A DNA stretch of 64,000 nt. It comes from Flavobacteriaceae bacterium. GTDB lineage: Bacteria; Bacteroidota; Bacteroidia; Flavobacteriales; Flavobacteriaceae. Made by a program: the position numbers and the translations under genes. The notes beneath the pieces were generated by a model. The model was not told the origin of the DNA. It ran no database searches and worked only from the letters and a program-made list of their open reading frames with translations. The DNA lies in NCBI GenBank assembly GCA_021647835.1, contig JAKITY010000001.1, positions 8,718-72,717 on the forward strand, written 5' to 3'. Below are positions 29,335 to 39,692 of the stretch, in pieces (position 1 is the stretch's first letter; every line of letters begins with the position of its first letter).

Positions 29335-29472
29335 ATACCTCTCATTTTTAATCAAAATACAACTTATATATATGTGTTATTTTGGATTGCAAATGTAGAT
29401 AGTTTTTTTTAAATTCAAATTTTTTGTTTGATTTTCTACTATATCAACCTACAAAATAGCATGTTAAATTTC

Positions 29473-29513
29473 TGCCAATTTGTCATATTTTTAGTTTTTT
29501 GGTTGTATCTTTG
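29473..29513 (+). promoter_or_regulatory. miaB operon promoter with TGCCA-N3-TGTCA motif
   Basis: TGCCAATTTGTCA at 29473-29485 and TATCTTTG at 29506-29513. Confidence 0.6.
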
Positions 29514-29530
29514 CAAACCAATTTTGAGAT

Positions 29531-30982
29531 ATGGCAAGTGAACATGCAATAGAAGAAAAAAAGCAAGGTCAAACATTAATAACCAAACAAAAAGAAGGTA
29601 ATTCTAAAAAATTATTTATTGAAAGTTATGGTTGTCAAATGAACTTGAATGATAGTGAAATTGTCGCTTCCATCCTTTCAGAACAAGGATTTAATACAAC
29701 TCAAAATTTGGAAGATGCAGATTTAGTTTTGGTAAATACTTGTTCAATTAGAGAAAAAGCAGAAACTACAATTCGCAAACGGTTACAGAAATATAATGCT
29801 GTAAAACGCATCAATCCGAAGATGAAAGTTGGTGTTTTGGGATGTATGGCAGAACGACTGAAAGAAAAGTTTTTAGAAGAAGAAAAAATTGTTGATTTAG
29901 TTGTTGGTCCAGACGCATATCGAGATTTACCGAATTTATTACAAGAAATTAACGAAGGAAGAGATGCTATAAACGTGATTTTATCAAAGGATGAAACCTA
30001 TGGAGATGTATCTCCTGTACGTTTAAATTCAAACGGAGTTTCTGCATTTGTATCTATCACAAGAGGTTGCGATAATATGTGTACTTTTTGTGTAGTTCCT
30101 TTTACTCGTGGACGTGAACGCAGTCGTGATCCACAAAGTATTTTGAAAGAAATTCAAGATTTAGTTGACACTAATTATAAAGAAGTAACGCTTCTTGGTC
30201 AGAATGTTGATAGTTTTTTATGGTACGGAGGAGGACTCAAAAAAAACTTCAAAAAAGCCTCTGAAATTGCACAAGCAACTGCAATAGATTTCGCACAATT
30301 ATTAGAAATGTGTGCAACGAAGTTTTCAAAAACAAGATTTAGATTTTCAACATCCAATCCTCAAGATATGGATTTGAGCGTATTGCATACAATGGCAAAC
30401 CATCAAAATATTTGCAGATATATTCATCTTCCTGTTCAATCTGGAAGCACAAGTGTTTTAAAAGCGATGAATCGCCAACACACACGAGAAGAATATATGG
30501 AGTTGATTGACAATATCCGTAAAATTATTCCTGATTGTTCTTTGAGTCAAGATATGATTGCTGGTTTTTGTGGAGAAACAGAAGAAGATCATCAAGACAC
30601 ATTGAGTTTAATGGAGTATGTAAAATATGACTTCGGATTTATGTTTGTATATTCTGAAAGACCTGGAACTCCTGCGGCAAAAAAAATGCCTGACGATGTT
30701 CCATTGGATGTTAAAAAACGTCGATTAACAGAGATAATTAATCTACAGCAAAAGCACGGTTTATATAGAACTAAGCAATTTGTTGGAAAAACAGTCGAAG
30801 TTTTAATTGAAGGCGAATCAAAAAAGTCTGACAAACATTGGAAGGGAAGGACTTCACAAAATACAGTTGCTGTATTTGAAAAAGAAAATTACAACGTTGG
30901 AGATTTTGTGAATGTAAAAATTAGTGATTGCACCAGTGCAACCTTAATTGGAACTGCTATTGGATATTCAGATAATAATTAG
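29531..30982 (+). CDS. miaB: tRNA i6A37 methylthiotransferase MiaB
   Basis: YGCQMN, NTCSIREKAE, radical-SAM CDNMCTFC and TRAM tail. Confidence 0.97.
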   Translation: MASEHAIEEKKQGQTLITKQKEGNSKKLFIESYGCQMNLNDSEIVASILSEQGFNTTQNLEDADLVLVNTCSIREKAETTIRKRLQKYNAVKRINPKMKVGVLGCMAERLKEKFLEEEKIVDLVVGPDAYRDLPNLLQEINEGRDAINVILSKDETYGDVSPVRLNSNGVSAFVSITRGCDNMCTFCVVPFTRGRERSRDPQSILKEIQDLVDTNYKEVTLLGQNVDSFLWYGGGLKKNFKKASEIAQATAIDFAQLLEMCATKFSKTRFRFSTSNPQDMDLSVLHTMANHQNICRYIHLPVQSGSTSVLKAMNRQHTREEYMELIDNIRKIIPDCSLSQDMIAGFCGETEEDHQDTLSLMEYVKYDFGFMFVYSERPGTPAAKKMPDDVPLDVKKRRLTEIINLQQKHGLYRTKQFVGKTVEVLIEGESKKSDKHWKGRTSQNTVAVFEKENYNVGDFVNVKISDCTSATLIGTAIGYSDNN

Positions 30983-30986
30983 CGTC

Positions 30987-31055
30987 TGTCATTCCTGCGA
31001 AGGCAGGAATCCAGAAGAAACAAAAGTATAGGTTCCTGCCTTCGCAGGAATGACA
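30987..31055. repeat. REP doublet (dRS3/RPE-like), perfect 23-bp inverted repeat
   Basis: TGTCATTCCTGCGAAGGCAGGAA (30987-31009) / TTCCTGCCTTCGCAGGAATGACA (31033-31055). Confidence 0.9.
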
Positions 31056-31066
31056 AATAAATAAAA

Positions 31067-32305
31067 ATGGAATCATTACAAGTCATAAAACAACGCTTTG
31101 GAATTATCGGAAACGATATGCAATTAAACCGTTCACTTGAAAAAGCGATACGTGTTGCGCCAACTGATATTTCGGTTTTAGTAACAGGAGAAAGTGGTGT
31201 TGGAAAAGAAAGTCTTCCGAAGATAATACATGCATTATCACACCGTAAACATGCAAAATATATTGCTGTAAACTGTGGTGCAATTCCTGAAGGAACTATT
31301 GATAGCGAATTGTTTGGTCATGAAAAAGGAGCATTTACTGGCGCAACATCTACAAGAAGCGGTTACTTTGAAGTTGCTGATGGCGGAACTATTTTTTTAG
31401 ACGAAGTTGGAGAGTTACCACTCACAACTCAAGTGCGCTTATTACGTGTTTTAGAAAATGGCGAATTCATAAAAGTTGGTTCGAGTAAAGTGCAAAAAAC
31501 AGATGTAAGAATTGTTGCTGCAACGAATCTTAAAATGATGGAAGCCATCGAAAGAGGAAAGTTCAGAGAAGATTTATACTACCGTTTAAGTACTATCGAA
31601 ATTGATTTACCTCCTTTACGTAATCGAAAAGAAGATATTCACTTGTTATTTAGAAAATTTGCTTCTGATTTTGCTCAAAAATATCAAATGCCAACAATTA
31701 GATTAACTGATGATGCAGTAAATGCATTGGTAAATTATAATTTCCCTGGAAATATCCGTCAGTTGCGAAATATTGCTGAGCAGATTTCCGTTATTGAAGA
31801 AAACAGAACGGTAACTCTCCAGCAATTGGTAGAATATTTACCTCAGCAAGGTAGAAATTTACCTTCAGTGATTTCAAACAGTAAGTCAAATTCTGATTTT
31901 GCTAACGAGCGAGAGATTATGTACAAAGTCTTGTTTGACATGAAAAATGACATTAATGATTTGAAGAAATTGACGCTTGATTTATTACAAAATGGCAACA
32001 ATTCTGAGTTTCAAGAAGAAAATCAACATTTAATAAAAAAAATTTATCGTGAAGAGCCTTCAGAAGTTGAAAATAAAGTAGAAGTTGTATATCCTCAGAA
32101 AACAACATATCAACAAGAAAAAACGGAGCAATATGACTTTTCTGAAACTATAATTGAAGATGAAACACTTTCGCTGCAAGACAAGGAATTTGAAATGATA
32201 AAAAAATCTCTTGAACGTAACAAAGGAAAACGTAAATTAGCGGCAAAAGAATTAGGTATTTCTGAACGAACGCTTTATAGAAAAATAAAACAATATAATT
32301 TGTGA
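31067..32305 (+). CDS. Sigma54-dependent enhancer-binding protein lacking an N-terminal sensor domain
   Basis: GESGVGKE, ELFGHEKGAFTGA, FLDEVGE, FREDLYYRL and a Fis-type HTH (AAKELGISERTLYRK). Confidence 0.95.
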   Translation: MESLQVIKQRFGIIGNDMQLNRSLEKAIRVAPTDISVLVTGESGVGKESLPKIIHALSHRKHAKYIAVNCGAIPEGTIDSELFGHEKGAFTGATSTRSGYFEVADGGTIFLDEVGELPLTTQVRLLRVLENGEFIKVGSSKVQKTDVRIVAATNLKMMEAIERGKFREDLYYRLSTIEIDLPPLRNRKEDIHLLFRKFASDFAQKYQMPTIRLTDDAVNALVNYNFPGNIRQLRNIAEQISVIEENRTVTLQQLVEYLPQQGRNLPSVISNSKSNSDFANEREIMYKVLFDMKNDINDLKKLTLDLLQNGNNSEFQEENQHLIKKIYREEPSEVENKVEVVYPQKTTYQQEKTEQYDFSETIIEDETLSLQDKEFEMIKKSLERNKGKRKLAAKELGISERTLYRKIKQYNL

Positions 32306-32347
32306 TTGACGATTGACGATTGACGAAATTTTGAATAAAAATATTAA

Positions 32348-32854
32348 ATGAAAAAAATAATAACCTTTTTTGCTTTCACGCTACTTTTAACTACTCAAAG
32401 TTGTGGAATTTACTCGTTTGGAGGCGTTACTCTTGACGATCGTATTAAGACTGTTCAGATTGATTATTTTGCAAATAATGCTTTGTTGATTGAGCCAACT
32501 TTAAGTCAGCAAATGACATTGACATTACAAGATTTATTTACAAGTCAGACAAATTTAACTTCTGTAAATAGCGGAGGAGATATTCATTTTGAAGGAGAGA
32601 TTACAGGTTACAGAATCAACCCTATGGCAGCAACTTCACAACAAACTGCCGCTCAAAATAGACTGACTATTACCGTAAATGTTCGCTATTACAACAAATA
32701 TGAAGAAGATAATGAGTTTGAACGTTCGTTCTCTTTTTATTATGATTATCCAGCAAACTCACAACTTACAGGAAGCGTTCTTGAAGATGCTTTTTCTGAA
32801 ATTTTAGAACGAATTACTCAAGACATTTTCAATGCCTCAGTAACAAGTTGGTAA
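32348..32854 (+). CDS. lptE: LptE-family LPS assembly lipoprotein
   Basis: Lipobox QSC-GIYSF, EGEITGY and NRLTITVNVRY; typical Bacteroidota context. Confidence 0.8.
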   Translation: MKKIITFFAFTLLLTTQSCGIYSFGGVTLDDRIKTVQIDYFANNALLIEPTLSQQMTLTLQDLFTSQTNLTSVNSGGDIHFEGEITGYRINPMAATSQQTAAQNRLTITVNVRYYNKYEEDNEFERSFSFYYDYPANSQLTGSVLEDAFSEILERITQDIFNASVTSW

Positions 32855-33598
32855 ATGAATATAACTGATTTTACATATCTAATTAACAATCCGAAAGAAA
32901 TAAATAAGGAATATACCAAGCAATTGGAAGATGTTATTACTGCTTTCCCTTACTTTCAGCCTGCAAGAGCATTGTACCTGAAAGGATTGAAAAATCAAGA
33001 TAATTTTAAATACAATCAAACGCTAAAAAATACGGCCGCTTACACTACTGACAGAAGTATTTTGTTTGAATTTATTACGTCTCCTTTTTTTACTGATGAA
33101 GTCATAAATACTGAAGAAATAGATGTAGAATCTATTGAAGTAATCCATCAAAAAATAGCCGAAACTACTTTTACATCCGAGGAAAAAAAATCTATTGAAT
33201 CTCTTGAAATTGGAAAACCAATTGAGTTTAAAAATGACGAATCGCATTCTTTTAATGAATGGTTACAATTAGGATCTTTTAAACCAATAAAAAGGGGAGA
33301 AAAAACAGAAGTAATAGTAGAAAATCAAGAAGAAAAAGTTGATTTGATTGATAAGTTTATCGCTAAAAAACCAAAAATAAAATCTGTAAAAAATGAGGTT
33401 TACAATCCAATCGCTTTAAAACATGAGCCTATTGATTACAACACCTTAATGACAGAAACGCTTGCAAAGGTTTATTTAGAACAAAAAAAGTATAAAAACG
33501 CTATTAAAGCATATCGCATTTTAAGTTTGAAATATCCAGAAAAAAGTAGCATCTTTGCACACCGAATTAAAGCAATAAAATTATTAGATAAAAATTAG
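32855..33598 (+). CDS. Conserved hypothetical protein with C-terminal TPR
   Basis: FPYFQ and MTETLAKVYLEQKKYKNAIKAY..LSLKYPEKS. Confidence 0.8.
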   Translation: MNITDFTYLINNPKEINKEYTKQLEDVITAFPYFQPARALYLKGLKNQDNFKYNQTLKNTAAYTTDRSILFEFITSPFFTDEVINTEEIDVESIEVIHQKIAETTFTSEEKKSIESLEIGKPIEFKNDESHSFNEWLQLGSFKPIKRGEKTEVIVENQEEKVDLIDKFIAKKPKIKSVKNEVYNPIALKHEPIDYNTLMTETLAKVYLEQKKYKNAIKAYRILSLKYPEKSSIFAHRIKAIKLLDKN

Positions 33599-33601
33599 AT
33601 T

Positions 33602-33952
33602 ATGAGTTATACGATATTTTTAGTATTAATTATAATTGTAGCTGTGCTACTTGTATTAATAATAATGGTTCAAAACCCTAAAGGTGGAGGATTGTCATCT
33701 TCATTTGGTGGTGGTGGTGGTGGATCTCAATCAGTTGGTGGTGGAGTTCAAAATACAACAAGTTTTTTAGACAAGAGTACTTGGACACTTTCAATCGCAT
33801 TATTAGCATTGGTATTATTATCAAACTTTGCGTTACCAAACAGAAGTAATGCACCAACAAATACAACAATTCAAAATACACTTGACGACAGAGAAATTCA
33901 AAAAATTCCTGCTGAAGAGCCTGCAACTACAACACTTGATTCTATCAACTAA
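33602..33952 (+). CDS. secG: Preprotein translocase subunit SecG
   Basis: VQNPKGGGLSSSFGG and FLDKSTW; two TM helices. Confidence 0.95.
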   Translation: MSYTIFLVLIIIVAVLLVLIIMVQNPKGGGLSSSFGGGGGGSQSVGGGVQNTTSFLDKSTWTLSIALLALVLLSNFALPNRSNAPTNTTIQNTLDDREIQKIPAEEPATTTLDSIN

Positions 33953-33973
33953 TATGTAGTTCACAAAAATATT

Positions 33974-34010
33974 AAAATGCTGACGTAAATGACACGTTGG
34001 CATTTTTTTT
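33974..34010 (+). terminator. secG terminator overlapping a TGACA-N3-TGGCA motif
   Basis: AAAATGCTGACGT / ACGTTGGCATTTT stem followed by a T run. Confidence 0.65.
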
Positions 34011-34014
34011 ACAA

Positions 34015-34048
34015 TTTGACAGATAATTCTATTTGGCATACTTTTGGA
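34015..34048 (+). promoter_or_regulatory. groES promoter: sigmaA TTTG-N20-TACTTTTG overlapping a sigma54-like TGGCA-N-TGGA
   Basis: TTTG at 34015-34018, TACTTTTG at 34039-34046 and TGGCATACTTTTGGA at 34034-34048. Confidence 0.6.
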
Positions 34049-34090
34049 AATTAATAAATCAAACAAATAACAAACTAAAATTATTTAAAA

Positions 34091-34369
34091 ATGAGTAAAG
34101 TACACATAAAACCATTAGCCGATAGAGTTCTTATTGAGCCAGTACAAGCAGAAACTACTACTGCAAGTGGAATTATTATTCCAGATTCAGCAAAAGAAAA
34201 ACCACAAAAAGGAACTGTAATTGCAGTTGGAAAAGGAACAAAAGACGAGCCAATGACTGTAAAGGTTAAAGATACTGTTCTCTATGGGAAATATGCTGGA
34301 ACAGAATTAACCGTTGATGGAAAAGATTATTTAATAATGAGAGAAAGCGATATTTTCGCAGTTCTTTAA
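34091..34369 (+). CDS. groES: Co-chaperonin GroES
   Basis: [21 protein letters not shown] and YAGTE. Confidence 0.99.
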   Translation: MSKVHIKPLADRVLIEPVQAETTTASGIIIPDSAKEKPQKGTVIAVGKGTKDEPMTVKVKDTVLYGKYAGTELTVDGKDYLIMRESDIFAVL

Positions 34370-34455
34370 ATTTGTTTAATCGTTGATTTTTTTATGCGTG
34401 TAATTGTAAGAATGTCACGATTATATAACTCAACAATTAAATCATATACTAATTA

Positions 34456-36160
<1,705 letters not shown>

Positions 36161-36230
36161 TGGCGAATTGCTACTGATAGGTATTAAGGATTCGGTTTGA
36201 CATAAAACTGAAAACATACAGATAAAAACT

Positions 36231-36258
36231 AAAAAAACCACGCAATCGCGTGGTTTTT
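36231..36258. terminator. Bidirectional terminator between groEL and the copper cluster
   Basis: A7-CCACGC / GCGTGG-T5. Confidence 0.85.
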
Positions 36259-36281
36259 ATGAATTACACTTTTTCTAGTTC

Positions 36282-36518
36282 TTAATGATCATGACCTTCA
36301 TGATTATCTTCCATAGATACTTTTTTCTCTTTTAGGTCCATTTTACAAACAGGACATTGTCCAGGTTCAGTATAACTCTTACCGTCTTCACAATCCATAG
36401 GGCATTGATATACTGCTGTTGCTACTTCTTTTTTCTCTTCTTTCTTTTCTGACTTACAAGAGGTCATTGTAAATCCTGCTGCGAAAACTATCGCTAATAC
36501 TAAAACTAATTTTTTCAT
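36282..36518 (-). CDS. Small heavy-metal-binding lipoprotein
   Basis: MTSC lipobox, YQCPMDCE...GQCPVCKMDL and His tail HEGHDH. Confidence 0.9.
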   Translation of the reverse strand: MKKLVLVLAIVFAAGFTMTSCKSEKKEEKKEVATAVYQCPMDCEDGKSYTEPGQCPVCKMDLKEKKVSMEDNHEGHDH

Positions 36519-36537
36519 TTGTTTAAAAATTTAATTA

Positions 36538-38268
36538 TTATTCTATTATTTCTTTTACACTCCCACAATTTAGCATTTTATCTCCAAAATAAGGGTTTTT
36601 TATTTCTTTTTCTAAACTCAACCAATATGCGCCTTTATTATCATTAGCCATCGGACAAAATTGATTATAAATTTCTTGATTTACTCCAAATAATTGAATA
36701 GCACTTGTAAGATGTGAAGATAAATGTATAAAATGATCTCTTTGCTTTTCTATTTCTGTTACATCAGCAATTGAATTTGCTGAAGATTTAATCTCTTTTT
36801 CAACTGTCATCCAATGAGTATGTGCTGCATTATCTTTAAGTAATTTCATATCAACTTTTCCTAAACTTGAAATAATTACACTTGCAGCATCTTTGGCTAA
36901 ATCAGGATTATCATTAACTAAGGCGTTTTTAAGTTTAATATAATCATCAAAAACCGTTTTTAATTGATTTTGAAATTTTGAATCTACCGAAATCCTACTA
37001 ACAATTTCCTTTTCAACAATATCTTTAGAACTTTTATTTTGGTTCATCATAGATCTTTTACCTTGTAACTGCGCTGTAGCATCTATTGTAAATGTGCCGT
37101 TTACAACAATTTCTTCATCACCTTCTAATCCTTTTATTACTTCGTAGTTTTCTCCCATTTTAGAACCTAGCGTTACTTCACGCATTTCAAAAATTGGTTC
37201 GTCAGGTGTTGATTTTACATAAACTACTGAACGTTTTCCTGTCCACAAAACTGCAGATGCAGGAATCAATATTGATTGTTTGTCAACAATAGAAGGTGCT
37301 ATTCTCTGTACTTTTCCTTCAACAAACATTCCTGGCTTAAAAAGACCCTTTCTATTATTTAAAACTACTCTTAATTTTATTGTTCGTGTTGCATTGTCCA
37401 AAATTGGATCTATAAATGATACTTTTGATTTAAACTCTTTCGCAGGATAAGCATTTGTAGTCACTACAACTTCTTGCCCCTTTTTAAACTGTGATATTTG
37501 ATTTTCATACACATCAAAATTTGCCCAAACTGTATTTAAATTTGATATTTTCAATAATGGCGCTCCTTCCATTACATGATTCCCTTCTTCAACCATTTTC
37601 ATACTTACAACTCCAGATACATTCGCATAAATTGGAAAATTAGCAATTGGCTTTCCTGAAATCTCGATACTGTTAATTTGCTTCTCAGAAAGTTTCCATA
37701 AATTTAATTTTCCTCTAACTGCCTTATAAAGAGCAGGCTGAGATTCTTTTAACGATGCTGCTGTTAATAGTTCTTGCTGTGCTGCAAATAATTCTGGAGA
37801 ATAAATACGTGCTAACAATTTCCCTCTATTTACTTTTTCTCCAACAGAACTAACATATAACCTCTCTATTCTACCTCCAAAATGTGCAGTTTGAACGGAT
37901 GTTGCATCTTCATTCTCAACAATTTTTCCCGACAATTTTATAGCATTACTACCTATTTGATTGTTTGAATCATTAATGGTAATTGTTTGGATATTTGCCA
38001 ATGCCATTGCGTTTTCTGACAATTTAAATTGATCTTCCTCAAGACCATCTGCACCAACCTCAGCAGGAATTAAATCCATCCCACAAATAGGACAATCGCC
38101 TGCTTCAGGCTGCATAATTTGTGGATGCATTGAACATGTCCACATTTGATTGACTTTTTCTTCTGAGTGATTCTGAGTAGAATCATTAATAGATGAATTT
38201 GCAAAAAACATTTTCCCTAAAAATAGTCCTACAACTATTAATCCAATATAAATTAGATATTTCTTCAT
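36538..38268 (-). CDS. CusB-like RND periplasmic adaptor with heavy-metal-binding and DUF3347 domains
   Basis: [25 protein letters not shown] and C-terminal FCPMA..NPYFG..MLNCG. Confidence 0.93.
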   Translation of the reverse strand: MKKYLIYIGLIVVGLFLGKMFFANSSINDSTQNHSEEKVNQMWTCSMHPQIMQPEAGDCPICGMDLIPAEVGADGLEEDQFKLSENAMALANIQTITINDSNNQIGSNAIKLSGKIVENEDATSVQTAHFGGRIERLYVSSVGEKVNRGKLLARIYSPELFAAQQELLTAASLKESQPALYKAVRGKLNLWKLSEKQINSIEISGKPIANFPIYANVSGVVSMKMVEEGNHVMEGAPLLKISNLNTVWANFDVYENQISQFKKGQEVVVTTNAYPAKEFKSKVSFIDPILDNATRTIKLRVVLNNRKGLFKPGMFVEGKVQRIAPSIVDKQSILIPASAVLWTGKRSVVYVKSTPDEPIFEMREVTLGSKMGENYEVIKGLEGDEEIVVNGTFTIDATAQLQGKRSMMNQNKSSKDIVEKEIVSRISVDSKFQNQLKTVFDDYIKLKNALVNDNPDLAKDAASVIISSLGKVDMKLLKDNAAHTHWMTVEKEIKSSANSIADVTEIEKQRDHFIHLSSHLTSAIQLFGVNQEIYNQFCPMANDNKGAYWLSLEKEIKNPYFGDKMLNCGSVKEIIE

Positions 38269-38282
38269 TTTGTTATTATTTT

Positions 38283-38366
38283 ACTATTTATCTTTTTCTT
38301 CTTAAAAATTTTCCTAACAGATAGTGATGATGTAAGTCATAACAAAAATCTGCTAAAACTGATGTG
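38283..38366 (-). pseudogene. Possible remnant of a PepSY-TM gene 3' end
   Basis: Minus frame reads ...SRFLL*LTSSLSVRKIFKKKK, resembling the SGFLLWxTSSPxxRK end I recall for PepSY proteins preceding cusB in related clusters. Confidence 0.4.
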
Positions 38367-38404
38367 TTTTCTTATTTTTAATCCTGTACGTCTTTACTAT
38401 TATT

Positions 38405-38941
38405 TTAATGAGATGCTTTTCTAATATTTCTTGATGAAGAATGCGTTTTTGTAATTTGCCATTTTCCATCAATTTTCTTTAAGTCTGAAGTTGCTACACC
38501 TTTCTTTTTAATGACTCTTCCTGGTCTTCCTTTTTCTTTATTTTCTTTGATGTCTATAGCATAGTTATATGTTTCGGTAGTGAAAGCATACGGCGTTTCT
38601 ACAACAACATCAATTTTATAATTTGAAAAAATAAAACTATTAAAATGATCTAATTCAGGTCCTAAATGATGATCTAAATAATTTGCATACGTACCTTCAC
38701 TTCCTCCAGATTCAAATACAGTTGCATCTTTTGTGAAAAGTTCCATTGTACCTTCGGTTGTTAGGTTTTGAATGGCATCCTTGTAACTTTTCATTACTGC
38801 GGCTACCGCTTCTTTTTCTGTTGAAACATCCACTTTTTCCACTTCAATTTCCTCCTCAATTTTACTTGCTTGTTCTTTGCAACTTACAAAAGTTAAAGTT
38901 ACTACTAATACAACTGCGATTGCTTTTAATTGTGTTTTCAT
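38405..38941 (-). CDS. NTF2/SnoaL-like lipoprotein
   Basis: FVSC lipobox, YLDHHLGPEL and GKWQITKTHSS terminus. Confidence 0.8.
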   Translation of the reverse strand: MKTQLKAIAVVLVVTLTFVSCKEQASKIEEEIEVEKVDVSTEKEAVAAVMKSYKDAIQNLTTEGTMELFTKDATVFESGGSEGTYANYLDHHLGPELDHFNSFIFSNYKIDVVVETPYAFTTETYNYAIDIKENKEKGRPGRVIKKKGVATSDLKKIDGKWQITKTHSSSRNIRKASH

Positions 38942-39011
38942 TTTTAGTTATTTAATTATTCGTATATTTTAATTTATTATTAATTGGAACGCTGACATTT
39001 CAATTCTTAGC

Positions 39012-39605
39012 TTATTTTACTTCAAAAGGAAAACTTATAGTTACCTTTTCCCACGATAAAGAAATAGCACCTTCAGTTTCATTTTTTTTAGTTATTTTAT
39101 ATTCTAAATGTTCTTGTATGTTTTCAGACAATTTTTGGCTGACAGTAAACCTTAGTACATCTTCTTTTTCATCATATTCGTCTTTGCCGTGTTGTTCCCA
39201 ATTTTTATTAATCATAATTGTCCAATCTCCTTTTGAAGGAATCGTAAAAAATCCGTATTTCCCTGCTGGAAGCGTTTTTCCATCAATCTGTAAATCTTTG
39301 TTGGTTTCAATCCACGTAGCCATATGTGCGCCTGCTTGCCATACATTATTATAGCCTACTAAACCACCAAATATAATTCTATCTCTAACTCCTGGCGAAG
39401 AATAATCGATATGAATATGCGCATCACCAACCATAGCCATTGTGGAAGTATGAGGACTTAAACTCTTCTTTTTCTTCGTGCTTTCAGTTTTTTTAATTTG
39501 ATGTTCTTTATGATTCGTTTTAGAATCCGTTTTTTCCTTAATTTCAGACTTACATCCGAAAGTTAAAAGAATTACTGCTACGCTTACTATTTTTAAATAC
39601 TTCAT
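39012..39605 (-). CDS. DUF2911 family lipoprotein
   Basis: IDYSSPGVRDRIIFGGLV..WQAGA and LPAGKYGFFTIP. Confidence 0.85.
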   Translation of the reverse strand: MKYLKIVSVAVILLTFGCKSEIKEKTDSKTNHKEHQIKKTESTKKKKSLSPHTSTMAMVGDAHIHIDYSSPGVRDRIIFGGLVGYNNVWQAGAHMATWIETNKDLQIDGKTLPAGKYGFFTIPSKGDWTIMINKNWEQHGKDEYDEKEDVLRFTVSQKLSENIQEHLEYKITKKNETEGAISLSWEKVTISFPFEVK

Positions 39606-39692
39606 TTATAGTTATTTAATTGTTCTATTTATTTTTATAACGAGTTAATCAATTCGCCAAAAGGCATTTGCTAATCGCAAGTTATTTATCAT

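Noticed and set aside
33707-33724. (GGT)n run in secG as a contingency locus
   Set aside because: In-frame Gly-rich loop normal for SecG; triplet changes would not switch expression.
33960-34090. CIRCE/HrcA operator upstream of groES
   Set aside because: No TTAGCACTC-N9-GAGTGCTAA is present.
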